Shown in pieces: positions 17,749 to 28,087 of a stretch of DNA of 64,000 nucleotides. The stretch lies in the NCBI GenBank assembly GCA_026391945.1, contig JAPLDA010000071.1, positions 1,247 to 65,246 of the forward strand, read 5' to 3'. Position 1 is the first letter of the stretch. The number at the start of each line of letters is the position of its first letter. Under the pieces are notes generated by a model, which did no database searches, was not told where the DNA came from, and saw only the letters and a program-made list of their open reading frames with translations. The DNA is from Bacteroidota bacterium. GTDB taxonomy: Bacteria; Bacteroidota; Bacteroidia; AKYH767-A; 2013-40CM-41-45. A program made the translations under genes and the position numbers.

Positions 17749-19794
17749 ATGAAAAAGCAAATGAATACGATGAAAAAAAATCTACTCATCCCTTTCTCTT
17801 TCCTGATCCTGTGCTTTTGCATGCATCCGGGTATGGTCTTTTCCCAGGCTCCGGCCTTCGATTGGGCAAAACGAATTGGCGGTACCAGCAACGACAATGG
17901 CAATGCCATTGCTCTTGATGTTTCCGGCAATCTATACATCACCGGGCTTTTCCAGGGAACGGTTGACTTTGATCCTGATTCAACGGGAACTTATTTTTTA
18001 ACTTCGGGTGGAAGTTTTTCCGTTTTCATTTCGAAATTTGATAGCCTCGGGCACTTCATCTGGACTAAAGCGATGGGCGGCTCCGGTGGATACATCAGCG
18101 GGCTGTCGCTCGCTCTTGATGTTTCCGGAAATGTGTACACTTCCGGGTATTTTTACGGCACCGTTGACCTGAATCCTGATGCAGGAATATTGAACGCAAC
18201 TTCGAATGGCGGCGACGACATTTTCATTTCTAAATTAGACAACAGCGGCAATTTTGTTTGGGCAAAAACAATTGGCGGTACAGGTACTGATGTGGTGAAT
18301 GGTATGGCGATGGATTCAGTGGGAAGCGGAGGCCTTTACATCACCGGAAATTTCCAGGGCACTGTTGATTTCAATCCGGATGCAACGGGAACATTCTATC
18401 TGAATTCAGCCGGTAACGATGATATTTTTGTCTCCAAATTCGACACCTCTGGAAATTTGATCTGGGCAAAAGCCATGGGCGGAACGGCGAACGACCGTGG
18501 CACGTCCATCACTGTTGATCCTTCTGCTGCCCGGTATGTTTATTCAACCGGTTACTTCCAGGGAACTGCAGACTTTGATCCCGGTGCAGGGGGAACATTC
18601 CATTTGACTTCGGCAGGAAACTATGATATTTTCATTTCCAAATTAGACAGCGCCGGCAATTTTATCTGGGCAAAAGCCATGGGCGGTACCAATGACGATG
18701 AGGCTAACTCCATTGCCGTTGACCCTTCCGGTAACGGCGCCGTTTACACGACCGGTTTTTTTTACCAGTCGGCCGACTTTGATCCGGGAATAGCCACTTA
18801 CATTTTAAACTCTGCCCAGGTCAGTGATATATTCATTTCCAAATTAGACAGCGCGGGAAATTTCGCCTGGGCTAAATCCATTTATGGCGGAGGCTATGAT
18901 ATGGGATTGGCTGTTGCACTTGATCATTTTGGCCATGTTTATACCACCGGTTTTTTCTCTGACACCGCTGACTTTGATCCGGGAGCCGGAACATTCCATT
19001 TGGGTTCTGCCGGAAGCGGCAACATTTTCATTTCCAAATTAGATACTTCAGGAAATTTTGTATGGGCAAAAGCAATGAACGGTACAGGATTCGACCAGGG
19101 AAATTCCATCGCTGCTGATGCTTCAGGAAAAGTATATATCACAGGAGCATTTACGAGTCCTTCCCTGCAGTTTAATACCGATTCATTAACCAATGCAGAC
19201 AACACCAGTTCAACGTATGACATTCTGCTTGCTTCATTGGCTTCCTGCTCCGCGTACTTTACGGTATATGCCGATACGGTTCCACACAACTGGTTTGCGG
19301 TAAATCATGCATCGGGTTCCGGACTTCTTACCTACTCATGGGATTGGGGAGATGGCAACAGTTCAACGAGTGCATCGCCTTCACATACGTACAGCGTTCC
19401 GGGAAATTATAACATCTGTTTGACCATCAACGACGCTGCAGGATGCACCAGCACTTACTGCGATTCGTCCACGTATCTTTACAAAGACAATGGCAACAAC
19501 ACCGTCATTACCATCAGTGTGTTGCCGCAAACGATAACCGGAATTATTGAAATGAATAAAGAGGCTGTACCTGTAAGCACATTACCGAATCCTTTCACCC
19601 ATGAGATCACCATGAAAGGGACAACTGCAAAAGGTGAAATTTTTATTTATGACATTTCCGGGAAAGAAATCCTCAGGCAAAAAACCATGACTGACGAAAC
19701 AAAGATTAACACTGCTTTTATTTCCCGTGGTTTTTATTTACTTCAGTATATCGAAGAAAATAAATCAGCCCATTTTAAGATGACGAAATTTTAA
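17749..19794 (+). CDS. SBBP beta-propeller repeat protein with PKD domain and T9SS C-terminal sorting domain
   Basis: Signal peptide; ~10 repeats of …Y.TG.FQGTVDFDP…; PKD (WDWGDGNSS…HTYSVPGNY); C-terminal type-A sorting domain (…IYDISGKEI…GFYLLQY…). Confidence 0.8.
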   Translation: MKKQMNTMKKNLLIPFSFLILCFCMHPGMVFSQAPAFDWAKRIGGTSNDNGNAIALDVSGNLYITGLFQGTVDFDPDSTGTYFLTSGGSFSVFISKFDSLGHFIWTKAMGGSGGYISGLSLALDVSGNVYTSGYFYGTVDLNPDAGILNATSNGGDDIFISKLDNSGNFVWAKTIGGTGTDVVNGMAMDSVGSGGLYITGNFQGTVDFNPDATGTFYLNSAGNDDIFVSKFDTSGNLIWAKAMGGTANDRGTSITVDPSAARYVYSTGYFQGTADFDPGAGGTFHLTSAGNYDIFISKLDSAGNFIWAKAMGGTNDDEANSIAVDPSGNGAVYTTGFFYQSADFDPGIATYILNSAQVSDIFISKLDSAGNFAWAKSIYGGGYDMGLAVALDHFGHVYTTGFFSDTADFDPGAGTFHLGSAGSGNIFISKLDTSGNFVWAKAMNGTGFDQGNSIAADASGKVYITGAFTSPSLQFNTDSLTNADNTSSTYDILLASLASCSAYFTVYADTVPHNWFAVNHASGSGLLTYSWDWGDGNSSTSASPSHTYSVPGNYNICLTINDAAGCTSTYCDSSTYLYKDNGNNTVITISVLPQTITGIIEMNKEAVPVSTLPNPFTHEITMKGTTAKGEIFIYDISGKEILRQKTMTDETKINTAFISRGFYLLQYIEENKSAHFKMTKF

Positions 19795-19799
19795 CGGTT

Positions 19800-21779
19800 T
19801 TAATTCACCGAAACAATCACAAACTCCGTTCTGCGGTTTTGTGCGCGGCCTTCTTCTTTGTCGTTGGATGCAATCGGTTTCGTGTCACCATAACCTTTAA
19901 AAGACAGGCGTGTAACCGGAATTTTATTGGTAACAAGAAAATCATACACGGCTTTCGACCTGTTTTCAGAAAGCGTTTGGTTGTGCTGCTTCGAACCAAC
20001 ATTATCCGTATGGCCGCTGATTTCAATTTTCACTTTTAAATTTTTATTCAGGAATAAAATGAGTTTACCGAGTTCGGCTTTCGATTCATCTTTGATGTTG
20101 AAAGCATCCGTATCATAAAAAATATTTTTCAGGATCACACTCTCCCCTGCTTTGATGGCATGCATCGGAACATCTTTCAAAAATGGTTCTTTTGCATTCT
20201 TCGGATTTTTTAATTCAAAATTTTCGGAGTAAAATAAGTAGCCGTCTTTGGAAACATTCAACGCATAATTTTTTCCGGCAGGAACACAAACAAGAAATTC
20301 TCCGTTACCGGAATTGGATGTGGATCTCACCACTGGTTTTCCTGAAGCAAGATCAATCAACTCAAAATTCGCCATGAGCGGTTGCCGGGAAGTCGCATCA
20401 AAAACTTTCCCTTTCATGTAGGTAATTTTTTCCGGCCTCGCTTCCGGGTACAAATCAAACTGGTACAAATCCAGTCCTCCCTTTCCACCGGTACGGTCGG
20501 ATGCAAAATAAGCGACATCCCCTGCAGGGCTTACCAGCAAGCTGTTTTCATCATCTGCCGTATTGATCGGGTAACCCAGGTTCACCGGAACACCCCACGA
20601 ACCATCGGCTTGCCGTTTGCTCATGAAAATATCCAGTCCTCCCATTCCCGGATGGCCATCCGAGGAAAAATAAAGTGTCTGGTTATCGGGATGAATGAAA
20701 ACCGACTCTTCATTCCCGGGCGTGTTGATCGAGTCGCTTAACCGAACCGGTTCGCTCCAGTGACTGCTGTCGTCGATACGAGTTTCATAAATATCACGGT
20801 TTGATTTCCCATCTTTCGATTGCGCCTTCCTGATAAAATAAAGTGTTCGTCCGTCGGAAGAAAAAGATGGCTGGCTTTCCCACAGTCCTGTATTAATCGG
20901 TGATTCCAGGTTTCTTGGCGGATTGTATTGGTCACCGGTTTTTTTTGAAATGAAAATATCACAACTTCCCTTTCCTTTCCTGTTCCCGGAATACTTCCCC
21001 TCATCTCCCGGTTCTCCTGCATCCTGGCAGGCTGCAAAAAAAAGGTATTGTCCGTCGGCCGAAAGAGATGGAGCGCCTTCATTGCCGGTGGTGTTTATTT
21101 CCTCCAGCGGTTTTGCTTTTGTCCAGTGATTTTTTACAAAGTTGCTGACATAAAAATCTTCCTGCATTTTTTTATGGCCGAATTCATCAATGGTTTTCAG
21201 CCTTCTTGTGAAAAGAAATGTTTTGCCGTCGGCAGTGATGGCAGGAAAATATTCTTCATCCGCTGAGTTAATGCTGTCGCCCATGTTTAACGGGTTAAAC
21301 GGAACAGGATGCCTGATGGCTTCCATAGCAAAGTCACAACTTTTCAAAAGAAGTTTTGCTTTATCAGAAAGTTCAGCAGGAATGCCGGCATAAGAAAGGA
21401 ATTTTTGAAGATGAACTTTTGCAGAGTCATATTGCAACGTTCTAAATTCCAATCTCCCGACGGAGAGGTAACTGTTCGGAAAATAATCAGGATTTATTTT
21501 AAAAGCTAAACGATACGACTCAATAGCCTTGATATCCTGATGCTGCGCTTCGTACACATTCGCCATCATGATCTGTGCATCCACAAAACGGGGATCTTCT
21601 TTCAGTGCATCCCGTAAATTTTCAATGGCTTTATTATCATAATGTTTATCAAAACAACGAATGGCATTTTGAAAAGAACGGACTGCCCTGGGATTATTAC
21701 TGGAATATTTCCTTTGCTGGCCATGAGCCTGGAGGATGATTAAAAACAATACCGGCAACAGATATTTTCTCATGATCAT
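19800..21779 (-). CDS. TPR / TolB-like beta-propeller / OmpA C-terminal domain protein
   Basis: N-terminal signal peptide and TPR; PD40-like repeats; C-terminal OmpA peptidoglycan-binding domain (…ISGHTDNVGS…NRRTEFVI…). Confidence 0.75.
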   Translation of the reverse strand: MIMRKYLLPVLFLIILQAHGQQRKYSSNNPRAVRSFQNAIRCFDKHYDNKAIENLRDALKEDPRFVDAQIMMANVYEAQHQDIKAIESYRLAFKINPDYFPNSYLSVGRLEFRTLQYDSAKVHLQKFLSYAGIPAELSDKAKLLLKSCDFAMEAIRHPVPFNPLNMGDSINSADEEYFPAITADGKTFLFTRRLKTIDEFGHKKMQEDFYVSNFVKNHWTKAKPLEEINTTGNEGAPSLSADGQYLFFAACQDAGEPGDEGKYSGNRKGKGSCDIFISKKTGDQYNPPRNLESPINTGLWESQPSFSSDGRTLYFIRKAQSKDGKSNRDIYETRIDDSSHWSEPVRLSDSINTPGNEESVFIHPDNQTLYFSSDGHPGMGGLDIFMSKRQADGSWGVPVNLGYPINTADDENSLLVSPAGDVAYFASDRTGGKGGLDLYQFDLYPEARPEKITYMKGKVFDATSRQPLMANFELIDLASGKPVVRSTSNSGNGEFLVCVPAGKNYALNVSKDGYLFYSENFELKNPKNAKEPFLKDVPMHAIKAGESVILKNIFYDTDAFNIKDESKAELGKLILFLNKNLKVKIEISGHTDNVGSKQHNQTLSENRSKAVYDFLVTNKIPVTRLSFKGYGDTKPIASNDKEEGRAQNRRTEFVIVSVN

Positions 21780-21892
21780 TTTTTGGAAGCAATAAAGATG
21801 CGAACAAAATGAGAACGAAAAACAAACCAAATCTATTTTTGAAAACGAATTTCCGGTTCATCTTTTGGCAACCTGTCATCAAACACCGCCAT

Positions 21893-21925
21893 AAAAAAAG
21901 CTCCACAACATGGAGCTTTCTTCTT
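21893..21925 (-). terminator. Rho-independent terminator for slyD (hairpin gctcca-caaca-tggagc flanked by A7 and T-rich tract; works in both directions)
   Basis: Seen in sequence; located just 3' of slyD. Confidence 0.5.
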
Positions 21926-21945
21926 GTTACAGATTATTTTTTGAA

Positions 21946-22455
21946 TCAGTGGCCATGCTCTCCGGTATGCACATGACCATGCGCCAGTTCATCTGCTGAG
22001 GCTTCACGCACTTCAACAATTTCTCCGCTGAAATGGAGTGTTTGTCCGGCCAACGGATGATTGAAATCCATGATGACCTCTGCATCATTAAACGAAACCA
22101 CTTTCCCATTCATCCTGTTTCCTTCATGATCGCTCATTGGAAGAACATTACCAGCTTTGAGTACTTCAAAGTCGATCACGTTATCCACTTTAAAAATGTC
22201 GATGGGAAGGTTGATGATGGCATTCGGATCATTGGTACCATACGCTTCATCCGCTTCGATGCTGAAGCTGAATTTTTCACCGATGGACAGTCCGTCGAGG
22301 TTGCGTTCAAAACCCGGGATCATTCCTCCTGTGCCGTACAAAAAAGTAAGCGGATGAGATGCATCGGCAGTCTCAATGTGTTTCTTTTCTTCCGACGGGA
22401 GATTGGCATGAAGCTGATAGCTTACAGATACCACTTTGTTGGTTGTAATTTTCAT
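21946..22455 (-). CDS. slyD: FKBP-type peptidyl-prolyl isomerase SlyD with His-rich C-terminal tail
   Basis: FKBP domain with IF insert; tail …HGHVHTGEHGH. Confidence 0.8.
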   Translation of the reverse strand: MKITTNKVVSVSYQLHANLPSEEKKHIETADASHPLTFLYGTGGMIPGFERNLDGLSIGEKFSFSIEADEAYGTNDPNAIINLPIDIFKVDNVIDFEVLKAGNVLPMSDHEGNRMNGKVVSFNDAEVIMDFNHPLAGQTLHFSGEIVEVREASADELAHGHVHTGEHGH

Positions 22456-22627
22456 CTACGTTTCAAGTTATTTTTTTTGAATTTTGCCGCGAATGTACCT
22501 ATTATAAGTGGTTTGAGTAAATCTTTTTTCAGGGAAATCATTTTAATCTCATAATTATTCCTGAAGATTGCGCTGCTTTTCCGAAAAAAAACGAATGCCG
22601 CCGCAGTTTAATTAACAACAGGTTCCA

Positions 22628-23938
22628 ATGAAGATGAAGCTTTTTCTAAATGCTCTTGTATTCACGGTGATCATGGCCATCATCTATGCCTTGAGTTACC
22701 TGGGGCCTGCGTGGATCGGGCTCGGAAGATTTAATTCATCCAGAACCATAGGAGTGATCCGGGTACTCCTCGCCTGCACATGGCTTGCCGGTATAACGTA
22801 CAACATCCTCTGGCATAAACATACGATTCAGAAAAAGAGAACGTATATCCTGTTTGTATTCCTGTTTGTATGTTCCCTCCTGGTTTCCTGGACGATTCAT
22901 GCCTCTTACATTCTTGCCGACGTTTACAAGAGCATCAAACAACCGTCGAGAGGCTGGAGAAATAATCCCCACCAATTTGATTCCCTCCTTGGATTCAAAC
23001 CGGTACCCAATGCCAATGGCTTTCACACGTTCCCTACGGGCCATGATATTCCCATGCATTATGATGAAAACGGATTCCGGGTTCCGATGTCGTATGATCA
23101 TTCACAAAACCAGGATCATCATCCGCGGATTCTTTTTCTCGGTTGTTCATTTACGTATGGTGACGCGAATTTCGCAGAGGAAACTTTTCCTTACCTCGTG
23201 GAAAAAGAATTAAACGGTTATACCATCAATGCCGGAGTCTGCTCGTATGGTTTGTCACAGATGCTGGAGCTTTCACAAACTCTGATTCCAAAATACAAAC
23301 CTGATGTCGTTATTTTTCAGCATTCGCCTTGGCTTGTGGAACGGGCACTCAATCAATATGGCCCGGTTTACTTCAGCGTTCTCCCTACTCCTTACTTTGA
23401 TTCTCAAAATCATCTCGTACCTCCCTTATTCAGGAGCCATATTTTTGATTACCCGATGGATGATTTCAAACAATCTAAAAATGGTTTTCGGGATTATTTA
23501 CGTTTCATGAGGATCACATTCCCCATGTATTTTGAAGATGACATGCGCATGTGGCTGATCGCTTTCAAAAAAATGTTTTCACTTGTTCCAAAGCCCAATC
23601 AAAACGAACAGGCGACTGAACAATTCGTGATGCATGAAGTTCATGAAATCTGTAAACAAAACAACTGCAGACTTTTTACTTTGGCATTATCCACGACGAG
23701 GTTGAGCCGGGCAAATTACCCGCCCGACAAGGCAGAAGGGATTCCGGAAATCAATGCGGACTCATGCCTCTATGCGAGACTGACACCAGGAGAGACGTAT
23801 GAAAAAAAATATTTCCATTACAGGATGTCAGGGAAAGATTCTGTGATGGTTGATACTCACCCGAATGAAACCGCTCAAAAAATTATTGCCGGAGAGATTG
23901 TACATGTTCTCAAAAATACAGGGGCAATAAAGCAGTAA
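22628..23938 (+). CDS. Membrane protein with SGNH/GDSL-hydrolase-like periplasmic domain (AlgX/DltD-like O-acyl transfer?)
   Basis: Two to three N-terminal TM helices; …ILFLGCSFTYGD… block resembling the SGNH block I motif. Confidence 0.4.
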   Translation: MKMKLFLNALVFTVIMAIIYALSYLGPAWIGLGRFNSSRTIGVIRVLLACTWLAGITYNILWHKHTIQKKRTYILFVFLFVCSLLVSWTIHASYILADVYKSIKQPSRGWRNNPHQFDSLLGFKPVPNANGFHTFPTGHDIPMHYDENGFRVPMSYDHSQNQDHHPRILFLGCSFTYGDANFAEETFPYLVEKELNGYTINAGVCSYGLSQMLELSQTLIPKYKPDVVIFQHSPWLVERALNQYGPVYFSVLPTPYFDSQNHLVPPLFRSHIFDYPMDDFKQSKNGFRDYLRFMRITFPMYFEDDMRMWLIAFKKMFSLVPKPNQNEQATEQFVMHEVHEICKQNNCRLFTLALSTTRLSRANYPPDKAEGIPEINADSCLYARLTPGETYEKKYFHYRMSGKDSVMVDTHPNETAQKIIAGEIVHVLKNTGAIKQ

Positions 23939-24137
23939 TTTTTTTCAGAACGGTGATCCACATTGAAGCGACCAACTGTCATCTGAAGCATGTAAATAAC
24001 CCGGTGGTAATGGGTTTTCTTTCAACAAGCCGGTGTTATCATTTTTTGTCCTGTTATCAACAAAAGCCGCGTAAGTGTTGGTAACTTTCAATCCCCTGAA
24101 AGAAACTTACTGTATTTTTGCAAATTGAATAAAGACT

Positions 24138-24818
24138 ATGATTATTACCTATTACGGGCATTCCTGTTTCGGCGTTGAAGTAAGCGGAAAAAAATTGCTC
24201 TTCGATCCGTTTATTGCTTCCAACCCGTTGGCAAAAAATATTTCAGTACAGGATATCCAGGCGGATTACATTCTTCTTTCGCATGGCCACGAGGATCATG
24301 TCGGCGATGCCGAAAGCATTGCTAAAAGAACCGGTGCCACGGTGATCTGCAACTTTGAATTGCATAACTGGATGAATTCGCTGGGCGTGACCAAGACTCA
24401 CCCGATGAACATCGGCGGACACTGGATTTTTGAATTCGGAAAAGTGAAATGTGTGAATGCTGTACATTCGAGCAGCCTTCCGGATGGCAGATACGGCGGC
24501 AACCCGATGGGCTTCCTGGTAGAAACCGCCGAAGGAAACTTCTATTATGCCGGAGACACGGCGTTGCATTATGACATGAAACTGATCGGCGATTATAAAA
24601 AAATCAAGTTCGCTTTCCTCCCGATCGGGAACAATTTCACCATGGGAATTGATAACGCTGTGATCGCTTCTGATTTCATCCGGTGTGAACGCATCATCGG
24701 GATGCACTACGATACGTTCGAACCCATCCGGATCAACCATGAAGAAGCAAAACGAAGATTCGAACAGACATCAAAAGAATTAACACTGATGAAAATCGGG
24801 GAAAGCATTGAACTTTAA
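24138..24818 (+). CDS. UPF0173-family metallo-beta-lactamase-fold hydrolase
   Basis: …ITYYGHSCF…LLSHGHEDHVGD…. Confidence 0.7.
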   Translation: MIITYYGHSCFGVEVSGKKLLFDPFIASNPLAKNISVQDIQADYILLSHGHEDHVGDAESIAKRTGATVICNFELHNWMNSLGVTKTHPMNIGGHWIFEFGKVKCVNAVHSSSLPDGRYGGNPMGFLVETAEGNFYYAGDTALHYDMKLIGDYKKIKFAFLPIGNNFTMGIDNAVIASDFIRCERIIGMHYDTFEPIRINHEEAKRRFEQTSKELTLMKIGESIEL

Positions 24819-24959
24819 AATCATCACCTGCTCACACAGAAACCTGGCAACAACCAGGGACCTCATTCTTACAACAATAAACCTGATAGAATTTATTATT
24901 CGTATTTTCGTTGGAAATTAATCACAGATTGAACCGATCATCCTGACCAGAAAAAAATT

Positions 24960-25775
24960 ATGGGAAAAATAATAGCCGTTGCAAATCAAAAAGGAGGGGT
25001 TGGAAAAACCACTACAGCCATGAACCTGGCAGCAAGTTTTGCGGTTCTCGAATACAAAACGCTGCTGATCGACAGCGATCCGCAGGCCAATGCAACTTCC
25101 GGGGTCGGGTTTGATCCGCGGACCATCAAAACCAGCATTTACGAATGCATCATCAACGAGGCGAACCCGAAGCATACCATTCTCACCACCACCACTCCGA
25201 ATCTTTACCTGATTCCTTCTCACATCGACCTGGTAGGCGCTGAAATTGAGATGATCAACCTGCCGAACCGGGAACGTAAAATGGCCGATGTGCTTGCGAA
25301 AGTCCGTGATGAATATGACTTCATCATCATCGACTGTTCGCCATCGCTTGGTTTGGTTACCATCAATGCCCTCACTGCCGCCGATTCCGTAATCATCCCC
25401 GTTCAATGCGAGTACTTTGCTTTGGAAGGATTAGGGAAATTGCTGAACACCATCAAAATTGTTCAGACACGGTTGAATACAGAACTTGAAATTGAAGGCA
25501 TCCTGCTTACGATGTACGATTCCCGTTTGCGTTTATCCAACCAGGTGGTGGAAGAAGTGAAAACACATTTTCAGCAGATGGTTTTCGACACCATCATCCA
25601 GCGAAATACGAAACTGGGAGAAGCACCGAGTTTCGGGCAAACCATCATCATGCATGACGCCAGCAGCAAGGGTTCTGTGAATTACCTGAACCTGGCAAGG
25701 GAAATCCTGCAGAAGAACAACCTGACGAAGATTAAAACAGCCGATAAAAAAATCCATGTAACTGATGAGCATTAA
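24960..25775 (+). CDS. parA: Chromosome partitioning ATPase ParA/Soj
   Basis: Deviant Walker A KGGVGKTT. Confidence 0.9.
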   Translation: MGKIIAVANQKGGVGKTTTAMNLAASFAVLEYKTLLIDSDPQANATSGVGFDPRTIKTSIYECIINEANPKHTILTTTTPNLYLIPSHIDLVGAEIEMINLPNRERKMADVLAKVRDEYDFIIIDCSPSLGLVTINALTAADSVIIPVQCEYFALEGLGKLLNTIKIVQTRLNTELEIEGILLTMYDSRLRLSNQVVEEVKTHFQQMVFDTIIQRNTKLGEAPSFGQTIIMHDASSKGSVNYLNLAREILQKNNLTKIKTADKKIHVTDEH

Positions 25776-26667
25776 AAGAAACGCCTTGGGAAAAGGCCTG
25801 GGCGCACTCCTTGAAAGTATAGAAACAGACATCACCTCGAAGAGCCATGTCACGGAGGGTTCTCCCGCTGTTGCCGGATCGGTGGCCAATATTCCTGTCG
25901 ACCAGGTAGAGTCGAATCCGTTCCAGCCCAGAACCGACTTTGAAGCGGAGGCACTGAAAGAACTTTCCGATTCCATCAAAGAACAGGGAATCATTCAGCC
26001 GATTACTGTTCGCAAACTGGGGTACGACAAGTATCAGCTTATTTCAGGAGAACGCAGGCTGAAGGCTTCTAAAATGGCCGGGCTGAAAACCATTCCTGCT
26101 TACATCCGCATTGCGAACGACCAGAACATGCTGGAGATGGCTCTCGTTGAAAATATCCAGCGGCAGGATCTGAATGCCATTGAAATTGCGATCAGTTATA
26201 AAAGGTTGATTGACGAATGTTCACTCACCCAGGAAGTGCTGAGTACCCGTGTCGGAAAAAACAGGACGACCGTAACCAATTACATGCGATTGCTGAAACT
26301 TCCGCCGGAAATCCAGGTAGCCATCCGTGACGGAAAAATTTCGATGGGTCATGCGCGTGCCATCACCGGCGTTGATGATGTGGTGAAACAACTCATGATG
26401 TTCAAAGAAATCATGTCGGGAAAACTGAATGTGAGGGACACCGAAGAACTGGCGCGGGAAAGCGGGAACAAGTCAACACTTAAGAAAAAAAGTACTCAGA
26501 ATAAAAACCAGCTTTCATTTGAGTTTACAAAAATTCAAAATGTACTATCGAGTCATTTCGGTACAAAAATTCAACTGAAACGAAATGCAAACGGGAGCGG
26601 CCGGATCATCATTCCTTTTGATCATGATGAAGACCTGAACCGTGTTCTTGAACTTCTAAATTACTGA
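25765..26667 (+). CDS. parB: Chromosome partitioning protein ParB/Spo0J
   Basis: ParB box GERRLKAS; HTH; overlaps parA. Confidence 0.9.
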   Translation: MSIKRNALGKGLGALLESIETDITSKSHVTEGSPAVAGSVANIPVDQVESNPFQPRTDFEAEALKELSDSIKEQGIIQPITVRKLGYDKYQLISGERRLKASKMAGLKTIPAYIRIANDQNMLEMALVENIQRQDLNAIEIAISYKRLIDECSLTQEVLSTRVGKNRTTVTNYMRLLKLPPEIQVAIRDGKISMGHARAITGVDDVVKQLMMFKEIMSGKLNVRDTEELARESGNKSTLKKKSTQNKNQLSFEFTKIQNVLSSHFGTKIQLKRNANGSGRIIIPFDHDEDLNRVLELLNY

Positions 26668-26676
26668 GCGGGAAAG

Positions 26677-27243
26677 GTGAAAAGAACTTCTCTCTTTTTT
26701 CTCCTCGTTGTTTTTTCTTCTCATCTGTTTGCACAGGAAAAACAGGATACCATACCATCCGCAGTTCCTGATACGCTCACGATGGCAGCAAAGCACCGTG
26801 CAAACCGCGCCGCTGTCATGTCAGCCATTGTTCCGGGAGCCGGCCAGGTTTACAATAAATCGTATTGGAAAGTTCCGGTTCTCTATGGCGGACTTGCTGC
26901 ACTGGTTTATTTCATCGACTTCAATAACAAATACTACAGAACTTTTAAAACGGCTTACCAGTACAGGACGGATGCTGACTCCACTACCACGGATGCTTTC
27001 CCCAATTACACCAATGTCGATTTGCTGGTTCGTAAGGATTATTACCGGCGCAACCGCGATTTGTGTTACATCATCACCGGAGTTGTATATGTCCTGAACA
27101 TCATCGATGCTTATGTGGATGCCCACCTGAAAGATTTTGATGTGGGCGATGATCTTTCCCTGCACACACGACCTTACCTTGATCTCGCATCCAATGGAAC
27201 TCCGGTTGCCGGACTCAGCCTTCGTTTGAACATCGGTCATTAA
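26677..27243 (+). CDS. DUF5683-like secreted protein conserved downstream of parB in Bacteroidota
   Basis: Signal peptide; position in the conserved parA-parB-X-dapB-lepB block. Confidence 0.55.
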   Translation: MKRTSLFFLLVVFSSHLFAQEKQDTIPSAVPDTLTMAAKHRANRAAVMSAIVPGAGQVYNKSYWKVPVLYGGLAALVYFIDFNNKYYRTFKTAYQYRTDADSTTTDAFPNYTNVDLLVRKDYYRRNRDLCYIITGVVYVLNIIDAYVDAHLKDFDVGDDLSLHTRPYLDLASNGTPVAGLSLRLNIGH

Positions 27244-27254
27244 TATCCATACAC

Positions 27255-27992
27255 ATGAAAATAGCTCTGATCGGATACGGAAAAATGGGAAAAGCAATTG
27301 AAGAAATTGCTCTTCAGAAAAATCATGAAGTCGTTCTGAAAGTGGATGAACATTTTGCCGGGGATATTTTATCAGAATTAAAAAAAGCAGACGTTGCCAT
27401 TGAATTCACTTCGCCGGATGCCGCCTTCGGGAACATCATGAAATGTTTCGAAGCCACTGTTCCGGTTGTGTGCGGAACAACAGGCTGGCTGGACAAGATG
27501 GATGAAGTGGTTCGAACCTGTAAAGAAAAAAACCAGGCCTTTTTTTATTCTTCTAATTACAGCATCGGTGTGAATATTTTTTTCGAACTGAATAAAAACC
27601 TGGCCGGTATGATGAACGGTCACCAGCAGTATGACGAAGTTTTTATCCATGAAGTGCATCACGTTCACAAACTGGATGCACCCAGCGGAACAGCCATCAC
27701 ACTTGCCGATCAAATTATGGAACGGATTCAACGATTAAAAACCCGCCGGAATTATTCTGCACAGGAAAAGATATCCACTGTAAAAAGAGAGGATGAACTT
27801 GCAGTATTTTCTTCCCGTGAAGGAGAGGTTCCGGGAACTCACATCGTCAAATATATTTCGGGTGATGATGAAATCGAAATCATTCACAAAGCTTTTAACC
27901 GGAGAGGCTTTGCTTCCGGCGCCTTGCTGGCGGCCGAATGGATTGTTGGAAAAAAAGGCGTGTACGGTATGAAAGACTTATTAAACCTTTGA
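27255..27992 (+). CDS. dapB: 4-hydroxy-tetrahydrodipicolinate reductase
   Basis: MKIALIGYGKMG Rossmann motif; DapB C-terminal domain. Confidence 0.85.
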   Translation: MKIALIGYGKMGKAIEEIALQKNHEVVLKVDEHFAGDILSELKKADVAIEFTSPDAAFGNIMKCFEATVPVVCGTTGWLDKMDEVVRTCKEKNQAFFYSSNYSIGVNIFFELNKNLAGMMNGHQQYDEVFIHEVHHVHKLDAPSGTAITLADQIMERIQRLKTRRNYSAQEKISTVKREDELAVFSSREGEVPGTHIVKYISGDDEIEIIHKAFNRRGFASGALLAAEWIVGKKGVYGMKDLLNL

Positions 27993-28087
27993 TGTTAAAA
28001 ATTAACAAGTCTCTAACAGGCTGTGCATTAAAATAACTCTACCTTCGAAGCGTTCATTACTCAATTTTATCAGACCTAAAGCAACCT

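Noticed and set aside
24819-24959. parS centromere site upstream of parA
   Set aside because: No TGTTTCACGTGAAACA-like 16-mer found by eye in or around parAB.
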